Source: Utricularia gibba
Lineage: Eukaryota > Plantae > Magnoliophyta
NCBI GenBank assembly: GCA_002189035.1
Contig: NEEC01000154.1
Span: 1 to 63,887, forward strand
Direction of reading: 5' to 3'
DNA: 63,887 bases
Part shown: piece after piece, positions 40,601 to 53,500 of the stretch
How the letters are laid out: every line of letters begins with the position of its first letter
Position numbering within the stretch: position 1 is the first letter of the stretch
Notes under the pieces: model-generated
What the model saw: the letters and a program-made list of their open reading frames with translations, nothing else
Told to the model about the DNA's origin: nothing
Database searches by the model: none
Program-made: the position numbers and the translations under genes

Positions 40601-43600
40601 TGAAGCGAGAAATCCATTCGCGTCGAATCGGAAGTCCGAGGTCGCATCATCGCGAACGTCGTGGCCACTTTGTGGCACAATTGAAGGCTAATATAAGGCA
40701 ATAATTCGAGCTCTGATACATCGTCGACGACGAAGCTTCAAAACGGAAGATGACCGCTCGGAATGAGCTTCGAAACGGTGTGTCGTGTGAAACGTGGCTC
40801 ATCACGGTTTTCAAGATATCGAAAATACGGAATGGTGCACGAGGCCTGCATCAGGTGTGGGTTGGAACACAACCGTGGCATTGTAAGGGATCGCCTCAAA
40901 ACAAAATTTCACACCTTCCAATGAAATGCATATGTTTTGCAAGCGAGAAATCACATTTGCGTCGAATTGGAAGCCCCGAGTCGCATCATCGCGAACGTCG
41001 TGGCCACTTTGTGGCACAATTGAAGGCTAATATAAGGCAATAATTCGAGCTCTGATACATCGTCGGACGACGAAGCTTCAAAACGGAAGATGACCGCTCT
41101 GGAATGAGCTTCGAAACGGTGTGTCGTGTGCAACGTGGCTCATCACGGTTTTCAAGATATTTACAAAATACGGAATGGTGCACGAGGCCTGCATCAGGTG
41201 TGGGTTGGAACACACCGTGGCATTGTAAGGGATCGCCTCTAAAACAAAATTTCACACCTTCCAATGAAATCCATATGTTTGAAGCGAGAAAACCCATTCG
41301 CGTCGAATCGGAAGTCCGAGTCGCATCATCGCGAACGTCGTGGCCACTTTGTGGCACAATTGAAGGGTAATATAAGGCAATAATTCGAGCTCTGATACAT
41401 CGTCGGACGACGAAGCTTCAAAACGGAAGATGAATGAGCTTCGAAACGGTGTGTCGTGCGCAACGGCTCATCACGGTTTCAAGATATCGAAAAATACGGA
41501 ATGGTGCACGAGGCCTTCATCAGGTGTGGGTTGGAACACAACCGTGGCATTGTAAGGATCGCCTCAAAAACAAAAATTTCACACCTTCCAATGAAATGCA
41601 TATGTTTTGAAAGCGAGAAATCACATTTGCGTCGAATTGGAACCCGAGTCGCATCATCGCGAACGTCGTGGCCACTTTGTGGCACAATTGAAGGCTAATA
41701 TAAGGCAATAATTCGAGCTCTGATACATCGTCGGACGACGAAGCTTCAAAAACGGAAGATGACCGCTCTGGAATGAGCTTCGAAACGGTGTGTCGTGTGC
41801 AACAAGGCTCATCACGGTTTTCAAGATATCAAAATACGGAATGGTGCACGAGGCCTGCATCAGGTGTGGGTTGGAACACACCGTGGCATTGTAAGGGTTC
41901 GCCTCTAAAACAAAAATTTCATACCTTCCAATGAAATCCATATGTCTTGAATGCGAGAAAACCCATTCGCGTCGAATCGGAAGTCCGAGGTCGCATCATC
42001 GCGAACGTCGTGGCCACTTTGTGGCACAATTGAAGGCTAATATAAGGCAATAATTCGAGCTCTGATACATCGTCGAACGACAAAGCTTCAAAACGGAAGA
42101 TGACCGCCTCGGAATGAGCTTCGAAACGGTGTGTCGTGCAAACGTGGCTCATCACGGTTTTCAAGATATCGAAAAATACGGAATGGTGCACGAGGCCTGC
42201 ATCAGGTGTGGGTTGGAACACAACCGTGGCATTGTAAGGGATCGCCTCAAAAACAAAAATTTCACACCTTCCAATGAAATGCATATGTTTTGCAAGCGAG
42301 AAATCACATTTGCGTCGAATCGGAAGCCCCGAGTCGCATCATCGCGAACGTCGTGGCCACTTTGTGGCACAATTGAAGGCTAATATAAGGCAATAATTCG
42401 AGCTCTGATATATTGTCGGACGACGAAGCTTCAAAAACGGAAGATGACCGCCCTGGAATGAGCTTCGAAACGGTGTGTCGTGTGCAACAAGGCTCATCAC
42501 GGTTTTCAAGATATTTACAAAATACGGAATGGTGCACGAGGCCTGCATCAGGTGTGGGTTGGAACACACCGTGGCATTGTAAGGGATCGCCTCTAAAACA
42601 AAAATTTCACACCTTCCAATGAAATCCATATGTTTTGAAGCGAGAAATCCATTCGCGTCGAATCGGAAGTCCCGAGTCGCATCATCGCGACGTCGTGGCC
42701 ACTTTGTGGCACAATTGAAGGCTAATATAAGGCAATAATTCGAGCTCTGATACATCGTCGGACGACGAAGCTTCAAAAACGGAAGATGACCGCTCTGGAA
42801 TGAGCTTCGAAACGGTGTGTCGTGTGCAACGTGGCTCATCACGGTTTTCAAGATATCACAAAATACGGAATGGTGCACGAGGCCTGCATCAGGTGTGGGT
42901 TGGAACACACCGTGGCATTGTAAGGGATCGCCTCTAAAACAAAAATTTCACCTTCCAATGAAATCCATATGTTTGAAGCGAGAAATCCCATTCGCGTCGA
43001 ATCGGAAGTCCGAGGTCGCATCATCGCGAACGTCGTGGCCACTTTGTGGCACAATTGAAGGCTAATATAAGGCAATAATTCGAGCTCTGATACATCGTCG
43101 ACGACAAAGCTTCAAAACGGAAGATGACCGCCTCGGAATGAGCTTCGAAACGGTGTGTCGTGTGCAACGTGGCTCATCACGGTTTTCAAGATATCGAAAA
43201 TACGGAATGGTGCACGAGGCCTGCATCAGGTGTGGGTTGGAACACACCGTGGCATTGTAAGGGATCGCCTCAAAACAAAAATTTCACACCTTCCAATGAA
43301 ATGCATATGTTTTGCAAGCGAGAAATCCATTTGCGTCGAATCGGAAGCCCGAGTCGCATCATCGCGAACGTCGTGGCCACTTTGTGGCACAATTGAAGGC
43401 TAATATAAGGCAATAATTCGAGCTCTGATATATTGTCGGACGACGAAGCTTCAAAACGGAAGATGACCGCCCTGGAATGAGCTTCGAAACGGTGTGTCGT
43501 GTGCAACGTGGCTCATCACGGTTTTCAAGATATACAAAATACGGAATGGTGCACGAGGCCTGCATCAGGTGTGGGTTGGAACACAACCGTGCATTGTAAG

Positions 43601-44846
43601 GGATCGCCTCAAAAACGAAAATTTCACACCTTCCAATGAAATGCATATGTTTTGCAAGCGAGAAATCACATTTGCGTCGAATCGGAAGCCCCGAGTCGCA
43701 TCATCGCGAACGTCGTGGCCACTTTGTGGCACAATTGAAGGCTAATATAAGGCAATAATTCGAGCTCTGATACATCGTCGGACGACGAAGCTTCAAAAAC
43801 GGAAGATGACCGCTCTGGAATGAGCTTCGAAACGGTGTGTCGTGTGCAACAAGGCTCATCACGGTTTTCAAGATATCAAAATACGGAATGGTGCACGAGG
43901 CCTGCATCAGGTGTGGGTTGGAACACACCGTGGCATTGTAAGGGTTCGCCTCTAAAACAAAAATTTCACACCTTCCAATGAAATCCATATGTTTTGAATG
44001 CGAGAAAACCATTCGCGTCGAATCGGAAGTCCGAGGTCGCATCATCGCGAACGTCGTGGCCACTTTGTGGCACAATTGAAGGCTAATATAAGGCAATAAT
44101 TCGAGCTCTGATATATTGTCGAACGACGAAGCTTCAAAACGGAAGATGACCGCCTCGGAATGAGCTTCGAAACGGTGTGTCGTGCGCAACGTGGCTCATC
44201 ACGGTTTCAAGATATCGATAAAATACGGAATGGTGCACGAGGCCTGCATCAGGTGTGGGTTGGAACACAACCGTGCCATTGTAAGGGATCGCCTCAAAAA
44301 CAAAAATTTCACACCTTCCAATGAAATGCATATTTTTGCAAGCGAGAAATCACATTTGCGTCGAATTGGAAGCCCCGAGTCGCATCATCGCGTACGTCGT
44401 GGCCACTTTGTGGCACAATTGAAGGCTAATATAAGGCAATAATTCGATCTCTGATACATCGTCGGACGACGAAGCTTCAAAAACGGAAGATGACCGCTCT
44501 GGAATGAGCTTCGAAACGGTGTGTCGTGTGCAACAAGGCTCATCACGGTTTTCAAGATATTTACAAAATACGGAATGGTGCACGAGGCCTGCATCAGGTG
44601 TGGGTTGGAACACACCGGGCATTGTAAGGGATCGCCTCTAAAACAAAAATTTCACACCTTCCAATGAAATGCATATGTTTTGAAAGCGAGAAATCCCATT
44701 CGCGTCGAATCGGAAGTCCGAGGTCGCATCATCGCGAACGTCGTGGCCACTTTGTGGCACAATTGAAGGGTAATATAAGGCAATAATTCGAGCTCTGATA
44801 TATTGTCGGACGACGAAGCTTCAAAAACGGAAGATGACCGCCCTGG

Positions 44847-45189
44847 AATGAGCTTCGAAACGGTGTGTCGTGCGCAACGTGGCTCATCACGGTATTCAAG
44901 ATATCGAAAATACGGAATGGTGCACGAGGCCTTCATCAGGTGTGGGTTGGAACACAACCGTGGCATTGTAAGGGATCGCCTCAAAAACGAAAAATTTCAC
45001 ACCTTCCAATGAAATGCATATGTTTTGAAAGCGAGAAATCCATTCGCGTCGAATCGGAAGTCCGAGGTCGCATCATCGCGAACGTCGTGGCCACTTTTTG
45101 GCACAATTGAAGGCTAATATAAGGCAATAATTCCAGCTCTGATATATCGTCGGACGACGAAGCTTCCAAAACGGAAGATGACCGCCCTG
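44847..45189 (+). repeat. Representative subtype C monomer
   Basis: Preceded by GACCGCCCTGG; GCGCAACGTGG, GGCCTTCATC, AAAAACGAAAAATT, TTTTGAAAGCGAGAAATCC, CCACTTTTTGG. The same allele set recurs at about 15097, 21148, 24879, 27238, 31976, 38741, 46894, 48595 and 57400. Confidence 0.8.
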
Positions 45190-48100
45190 AATGAGCTTTA
45201 AACAGTGTGTCGTACGCAAGTGGCTCATCACGGTTTTCAAGATATCGATAAAATACGGAATGGTGCACGAGGCCTGCATCAGGTGTGGGTTGGAACACAA
45301 CCGTGCCATTGTAAGGGATCGCCTCAAAAACAAAAATTTCACACCTTCCAATGAAATGCATATTTTGCAAGCGAGAAATCACATTTGCGTCGAATTGGAA
45401 GCCCCGAGTCGCATCATCGCGTACGTCGTGGCCACTTTGTGGCACAATTGAAGGCTAATATAAGGCAATAATTCGAGCTCTGATACATCGTCGGACGACG
45501 AAGCTTCAAAACGGAAGATGACCGCTCTGGAATGAGCTTCGAAACGGTGTGTCGTGCAACAAGGCTCATCACGGTTTTCAAGATATTACAAAATACGGAA
45601 TGGTGCACGAGGCCTGCATCAGGTGTGGGTTGGAACACAACCGTGGCATTGTAAGGGTTCGCCTCTAAACAAAATTTCATACCTTCCAATGAAATCCATA
45701 TGTCTTGAATGCGAGAAAACCCATTCGCGTCGAATCGGAAGTCCGAGGTCGCATCATCGCGAACGTCGTGGCCACTTTGTGGCACAATTGAAGGCTAATA
45801 TAAGGCAATAATTCGAGCTCTGATATATTGTCGAACGACAAGCTTCAAAACGGAAGATGACCGCCTAATGAGCTTCGAAACGGTGTGTCGTGTGCGTGGC
45901 TCATCACGGTTTCAAGATATCGATAAAATACGGAATGGTGCACGAGGCCTGCATCAGGTGTGGGTTGGAACACACCGTGGCATTGTAAGGGATCGCCTCA
46001 AAAACAAAAATTTCACACCTTCCAATGAAATGCATATGTTTTGCAAGCGAGAAATCACATTTGCGTCGAATTGGAAGCCCCGAGTCGCATCATCGCGAAC
46101 GTCGTGGCCACTTTGTGGCACAATTGAAGGCTAATATAAGGCAATAATTCGAGCTCTGATACATCGTCGGACGACGAAGCTTCAAAAAACGGAAGATGAC
46201 CGCTCTGGAATGAGCTTCGAAACGGTGTGTCGTGTGCAACAAGGCTCATCACGGTTTTCAAGATATCGACAAAATACGGAATGGTGCACGAGGCCTGCAT
46301 CAGGTGTGGGTTGGAACACACCGTGGCATTGTAAGGGATCGCCTCTAAAACAAAAAAATTTCATACCTTCCAATGAAATCCATATGTCTTGAATGCGAGA
46401 AAACCCATTCGCGTCGAATCGGAAGTCCGAGGTCGCATCATCGCGAACGTCGTGGCCACTTTGTGGCACAATTGAAGGCTAATATAAGGCAATAATTCGA
46501 GCTCTGATATATTGTCGAACGACAAAGCTTCAAAACGGAAGATGACCGCCTCGGAATGAGCTTCGAAACGGTGTGTCGTGTGAAACGTGGCTCATCACGG
46601 TTTTCAAGATATCGATAAAATACGGAATGGTGCACGAGGCCTGCATCAGGTGTGGGTTGGAACACAACCGTGGCATTGTAAGGGATCGCCTCTAAAACAA
46701 AATTTCACACCTTCCAATGAAATGCATATGTTTTGCAAGCGAGAAATCACATTTGCGTCGAATCGGAAGCCCCGAGTCGCATCATCGCGAACGTCGTGGC
46801 CACTTTGTGGCACAATTGAAGGCTAATATAAGGCAATAATTCGAGCTCTGATATGTCGGACGACGAAGCTTCAAAACGGAAGATGACCGCCTGGAATGAG
46901 CTTCGAAACGGTGTGTCGTGCGCAACGTGGCTCATCACGGTTTCAAGATATCGAAAAATACGGAATGGTGCACGAGGCCTTCATCAGGTGTGGGTTGGAA
47001 CACACCGTGGCATTGTAAGGGATCGCCTCAAAAACAAAAATTTCACACCTTCCAATGAAATCCATATGTTTTGAAAGCGAGAAATCCCATTCGCGTCGAA
47101 TCGGAAGTCCGAGGTCGCATCATCGCGAACGTCGTGGCCACTTTTGGCACAATTGAAGGGTAATATAAGGCAATAATTCGAGCTCTGATATATTGTCGAC
47201 GACGAAGCTTCCAAAACGGAAGATGACCGCCCTGAATGAGCTTCGAAACGGTGTGTCGTGCGCACGTGGCTCATCACGGTTTTCAAGATATCGATAAAAT
47301 ACGGAATGGTGCACGAGGCCTGCATCAGGTGTGGGTTGGAACACAACATTGTAAGGGATCGCCTCAAAAAAAAAAATTTCACACCTTCCAATGAAATGCA
47401 TATTTTGCAAGCGAGAAATCACATTTGCGTCGAATCGGAAGCCCCGAGTCGCATCATCGCGACGTCGTGGCCACTTTGTGGCACAATTGAAGGCTAATAT
47501 AAGGCAATAATTCGATCTCTGATACATCGTCGGACGACGAAGCTTCAAAAACGGAAGATGACCGCTCTGGAATGAGCTTCGAAACGGTGTGTCGTGTGCA
47601 ACAAGGCTCATCACGGTTTTCAAGATATTTACAAAATACGGAATGGTGCACGAGGCCTGCATCAGGTGTGGGTTGGAACACAACCGTGGCATTGTAAGGG
47701 TTCGCCTCTAAAACAAAATTTCATACCTTCCAATGAAATCCATATGTCTTGAATGCGAGAAAACCCATTCGCGTCGAATCGGAAGTCCGAGGTCGCATCA
47801 TCGCGAACGTCGTGGCCACTTTGTGGCACAATTGAAGGCTAATATAAGGCAATAATTCGAGCTCTGATATATTGTCGAGACGCTTGAAAACGGAAGATGA
47901 CCGCTCGGAATGAGCTTCGAAACGGTGTGTCGTGTGAAACGTGGCTCATCACGGTTTTCAAGATATCGATAAAATACGGAATGGTGCACGAGGCCTGCAT
48001 CAGGTGTGGGTTGGAACACAACCGTGGCATTGTAAGGATCGCTCAAAAACAAAAATTTCACACCTTCCAATGAAATGCATATGTTTTGCAAGCGAGAAAT

Positions 48101-50484
48101 CACATTTGCGTCGAATTGGAAGCCCCGAGTCGCATCATCGCGTACGTCGTGGCCACTTTGTGGCACAATTGAAGGCTAATATAAGGCAATAATTCGATCT
48201 CTGATACATCGTCGGACGACGAAGCTTCAAAAACGGAAGATGACCGCCTGGAATGAGCTTCGAAACGGTGTGTCGTGTGCAACAAGGCTCATCACGGTTT
48301 TCAAGATATTTACAAAATACGGAATGGTGCACGAGGCCTGCATCAGGTGTGGGTTGGAACACAACCGTGGCATTGTAAGGGATCGCCTCTAAAACAAAAA
48401 TTTCACACCTTCCAATGAAATGCATATGTTTTGAAGCGAGAAATCCCATTCGCGTCGAATCGGAAGTCCGAGGTCGCATCATCGCGAACGTCGTGGCCAC
48501 TTTGTGGCACAATTGAAGGCTAATATAAGGCAATAATTCGAGCTCTGATACATCGTCGGACGACGAAGCTTCAAAAACGGAAGATGACCGCCTGGAATGA
48601 GCTTCGAAACGGTGTGTCGTGCGCAACGTGGCTCATCACGGTTTTCAAGATATCGAAAAATACGGAATGGTGCACGAGGCCTTCATCAGGTGTGGGTTGG
48701 AACACACCGTGGCATTGTAAGGGATCGCCTCAAAAACGAAAAATTTCACACCTTCCAATGAAATCCATATGTTTGAAAGCGAGAAATCCCATTCGCGTCG
48801 AATCGGAAGTCCGAGTCGCATCATCGCGAACGTCGTGGCCACTTTGTGGCACAATTGAAGGCTAATATAAGGCAATAATTCGAGCTCTGATACATCGTCG
48901 GACGACGAAGCTTCAAAACGGAAGATGACCGCCCTGGAATGAGCTTCGAAACGGTGTGTCGTGTGCAACGTGGCTCATCACGGTTTTCAAGATATCGATA
49001 AAAATACGGAATGGTGCACGAGGCTGCATCAGGTGTGGGTTGGAACACAACCGTGGCATTGTAAGGGATCGCCTCAAAAAACAAAAATTTCACACCTTCC
49101 AATGAAATGCATATTTTGCAAGCGAGAAATCCATTTGCGTCGAATCGGAAGCCCGAGTCGCATCATCGCGAACGTCGTGGCCACTTTGTGGCACAATTGA
49201 AGGCTAATATAAGGCAATAATTCGAGCTCTGATACATCGTCGGACGACGAAGCTTCAAAAACGGAAGATGACCGCTCTGGAATGAGCTTCGAAACGGTGT
49301 GTCGTGTGCAACAAGGCTCATCACGGTTTTCAAGATATTTACAAAATACGGAATGGTGCACGAGGCCTGCATCAGGTGTGGGTTGGAACACACCGTGGCA
49401 TTGTAAGGGTTCGCCTCAAAAAAAAAATTTCATACCTTCCAATGAAATCCATATGTCTTGAATGCGAGAAAACCCATTCGCGTCGAATCGGAAGTCCGAG
49501 GTCGCATCATCGCGAACGTCGTGGCCACTTTGTGGCACAATTGAAGGCTAATATAAGGCAATAATTCGAGCTCTGATATATTGTCGAACGACAAAGCTTC
49601 AAAACGGAAGATGACCGCCTCGGAATGAGCTTCGAAACGGTGTGTCGTGTGCAACGTGGCTCATCACGGTTTTCAAGATATCGACAAAATACGGAATGGT
49701 GCACGAGGCCTGCATCAGGTGTGGGTTGGAACACACCGTGGCATTGTAAGGGTTCGCCTCTAAAACAAAAATTTCATACCTTCCAATGAAATCCATATGT
49801 CTTGAAAGCGAGAAAACCATTCGCGTCGAATCGGAAGTCCGAGGTCGCATCATCGCGAACGTCGTGGCCACTTTGTGGCACAATTGAAGGCTAATATAAG
49901 GCAATAATTCGAGCTCTGATATATTGTCGAACGACAAAGCTTCAAACGGAAGATGACCGCCTCGGAATGAGCTTCGAAACGGTGTGTCGTGTGAAACGTG
50001 GCTCATCACGGTTTTCAAGATATCGATAAAATACGGAATGGTGCACGAGGCCTGCATCAGGTGTGGGTTGGAACACACCGTGCCATTGTAAGGGATCGCC
50101 TCAAAACAAAATTTCACACCTTCCAATGAAATGCATATGTTTTGCAAGCGAGAAATCACATTTGCGTCGAATTGGAAGCCCCGTCGCATCATCGCGTAAC
50201 GTCGTGGCCACTTTGTGGCACAATTGAAGGCTAATATAAGGCAATAATTCGATCTCTGATACATCGTCGGACGACGAAGCTTCAAAAACGGAAGATGACC
50301 GCTCTGGAATGAGCTTCGAAACGGTGTGTCGTGTGCAAACAAGGCTCATCACGGTTTTCAAGATATCGACAAAATACGGAATGGTGCACGAGGCCTGCAT
50401 CAGGTGTGGGTTGGAACACAACCGTGGCATTGTAAGGGATCGCCTCTAAAACAAAAATTTCATACCTTCCAATGAAATCATATG

Positions 50485-50505
50485 TCTTGAATGCGAACGT
50501 CGTGG
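50485..50505 (+). other. ~48-bp deletion junction in an A monomer (GCGA microhomology)
   Basis: Reads CTTGAATGCGAACGTCG instead of CTTGAATGCGA-GAAAACCCATTCGCGTCGAATCGGAAGTCCGAGGTCGCATCATCGCGA-ACGTCG. Confidence 0.8.
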
Positions 50506-53500
50506 CCACTTTGTGGCACAATTGAAGGGTAATATAAGGCAATAATTCGAGCTCTGATATATTGTCGGACGACGAAGCTTCAAAACGGAAGATGACCGCC
50601 TGGAATGAGCTTCGAAACGGTGTGTCGTGGCAACGTGGCTCATCACGGTTTTCAAGATATCGAAAAATACGGAATGGTGCACGAGGCCTGCATCAGGTGT
50701 GGGTTGGAACACAACCGTGGCATTGTAAGGGATCGCCTAAAACAAAATTTCAACCTTCCAATGAAATGCATATGTTTTGAAGCGAGAAATCCATTCGCGT
50801 CGAATCGGAAGTCCGAGTCGCATCATCGCGAACGTCGTGGCCACTTTGTGGCACAATTGAAGGGTAATATAAGGCAATAATTCGAGCTCTGATATATTGT
50901 CGGACGACGAAGCTTCAAAAACGGAAGATGACCGCCTGGAATGAGCTTCGAAACGGTGTGTCGTGCGCAACGTGGCTCATCACGGTTTCAAGATATCGAA
51001 AAATACGGAATGGTGCACGAGGCCTTCATCAGGTGTGGGTTGGAACACAACCGTGGCATTGTAAGGGATCGCCTCAAAAACGAAAAATTTCACACCTTCC
51101 AATGAAATGCATATGTTTTGCAAGCGAGAAATCCATTCGCGTCGAATCGGAAGTCCGAGTCGCATCATCGCGAACGTCGTGGCCACACTTTGTGGCACAA
51201 TTGAAGGGTAATATAAGGCAATAATTCGAGCTCTGATATATTGTCGGACGACGAAGCTTCAAAAACGGAAGATGACCGCCCTGGAATGAGCTTCGAAACG
51301 GTGTGTCGTGCGCAACGTGGCTCATCACGGTTTCAAGATATCGAGAAAATACGGAATGGTGCACGAGGCCTCATCAGGTGTGGGTTGGAACACAACCGTG
51401 GCATTGTAAGGGATCGCCTCAAAAACGAAAAATTTCACACCTTCCAATGAAATGCATATGTTTTGAAAGCGAGAAATCCCATTCGCGTCGAATCGGAAGT
51501 CCGAGGTCGCATCATCGCGAACGTCGTGGCCACTTTGTGGCACAATTGAAGGGTAATATAAGGCAATAATTCGAGCTCTGATATATTGTCGGACGACGAA
51601 GCTTCAAAACGGAAGATGACCGCCTGGAATGAGCTTCGAAACGGTGTGTCGTGCAACGTGGCTCATCACGGTTTCAAGATATCGATAAAATACGGAATGG
51701 TGCACGAGGCCTGCATCAGGTGTGGGTTGGAACACAACCGTGGCATTGTAAGGGATCGCCTCTAAAACGAAAATTTCACACCTTCCAATGAAATGCATAT
51801 GTTTTGCAAGCGAGAAATCACATTTGCGTCGAATTGGAAGCCGAGTCGCATCATCGCGAACGTCGTGGCCACTTTGTGGCACAATTGAAGGCTAATATAA
51901 GGCAATAATTCGAGCTCTGATACATCGTCGGACGACGAAGCTTCAAAAACGGAAGATGACCGCCTGGAATGAGCTTCGAAACGGTGTGTCGTGCGCAACG
52001 TGGCTCATCACGGTTTTCAAGATATCGACAAAATACGGAATGGTGCACGAGGCCTGCATCAGGTGTGGGTTGGAACACACCGTGGCATTGTAAGGGATCG
52101 CCTCTAAACAAAAATTTCACACCTTCCAATGAAATCATATGTTTTGAAAGCGAGAAATCCATTCGCGTCGAATCGGAAGTCCGAGGTCGCATCATCGCGA
52201 ACGTCGTGGCCACTTTGTGGCACAATTGAAGGGTAATATAAGGCAATAATTCGAGCTCTGATATATTGTCGGACGACGAAGCTTCAAAAACGGAAGATGA
52301 CCGCCTGGAATGAGCTTCGAAACGGTGTGTCGTGCGCAACGTGGCTCATCACGGTTTCAAGATATCGAAAAATACGGAATGGTGCACGAGGCCTTCATCA
52401 GGTGTGGGTTGGAACACAACGTGGCATTGTAAGGGATCGCCTCAAAAACAAAAATTTCACACCTTCCAATGAAATCCATATGTTTTGAAAGCGAGAAATC
52501 CATTCGCGTCGAATCGGAAGTCCGAGGTCGCATCATCGCGAACGTCGTGGCCACTTTGTGGCACAATTGAAGGCTAATATAAGGCAATAATTCGAGCTCT
52601 GATACATCGTCGGACGACGAAGCTTCAAAACGGAAGATGACCGCCCTGGAATGAGCTTCGAAACGGTGTGTCGTGTGCAACGTGGCTCATCACGGTTTCA
52701 AGATATCGACAAAATACGGAATGGTGCACGAGGCCTGCATCAGGTGTGGGTTGGAACACACGTGGCATTGTAAGGGATCGCCTCAAAAACAAAAATTTCA
52801 CACCTTCCAATGAAATCATATGTTTTGAAAGCGAGAAATCCCATTCGCGTCGAATCGGAAGTCCGAGGTCGCATCATCGCGAACGTCGTGGCCACTTTGT
52901 GGCACAATTGAAGGGTAATATAAGGCAATAATTCGAGCTCTGATATATTGTCGGACGACGAAGCTTCAAAACGGAAGATGACCGCCCTGGAATGAGCTTC
53001 GAAACGGTGTGTCGTGCAACGTGGCTCATCACGGTTTTCAAGATATCGAAAAATACGGAATGGTGCACGAGGCCTGCATCAGGTGTGGGTTGGAACACAA
53101 CCGTGGCATTGTAAGGGATCGCCTCAAAAACAAAAATTTCACACCCAATGAAATGCATATGTTTGAACGAGAAATCACATTTGCGTCGAATCGGAAGCCC
53201 GAGTCGCATCATCGCGAACGTCGTGGCCACTTTGTGGCACAATTGAAGGCTAATATAAGGCAATAATTCGAGCTCTGATACATCGTCGGACGACGAAGCT
53301 TCAAAACGGAAGATGACCGCTCTGGAATGAGCTTCGAAACGGTGTGTCGTGCGCAACGTGGCTCATCACGGTTTTCAAGATATCGACAAAATACGGAATG
53401 GTGCACGAGGCCTTCATCAGGTGTGGGTTGGAACACACCGTGGCATTGTAAGGGATCGCCTCTAAAACGAAAATTTCACACCTTCCAATGAAATCATATG

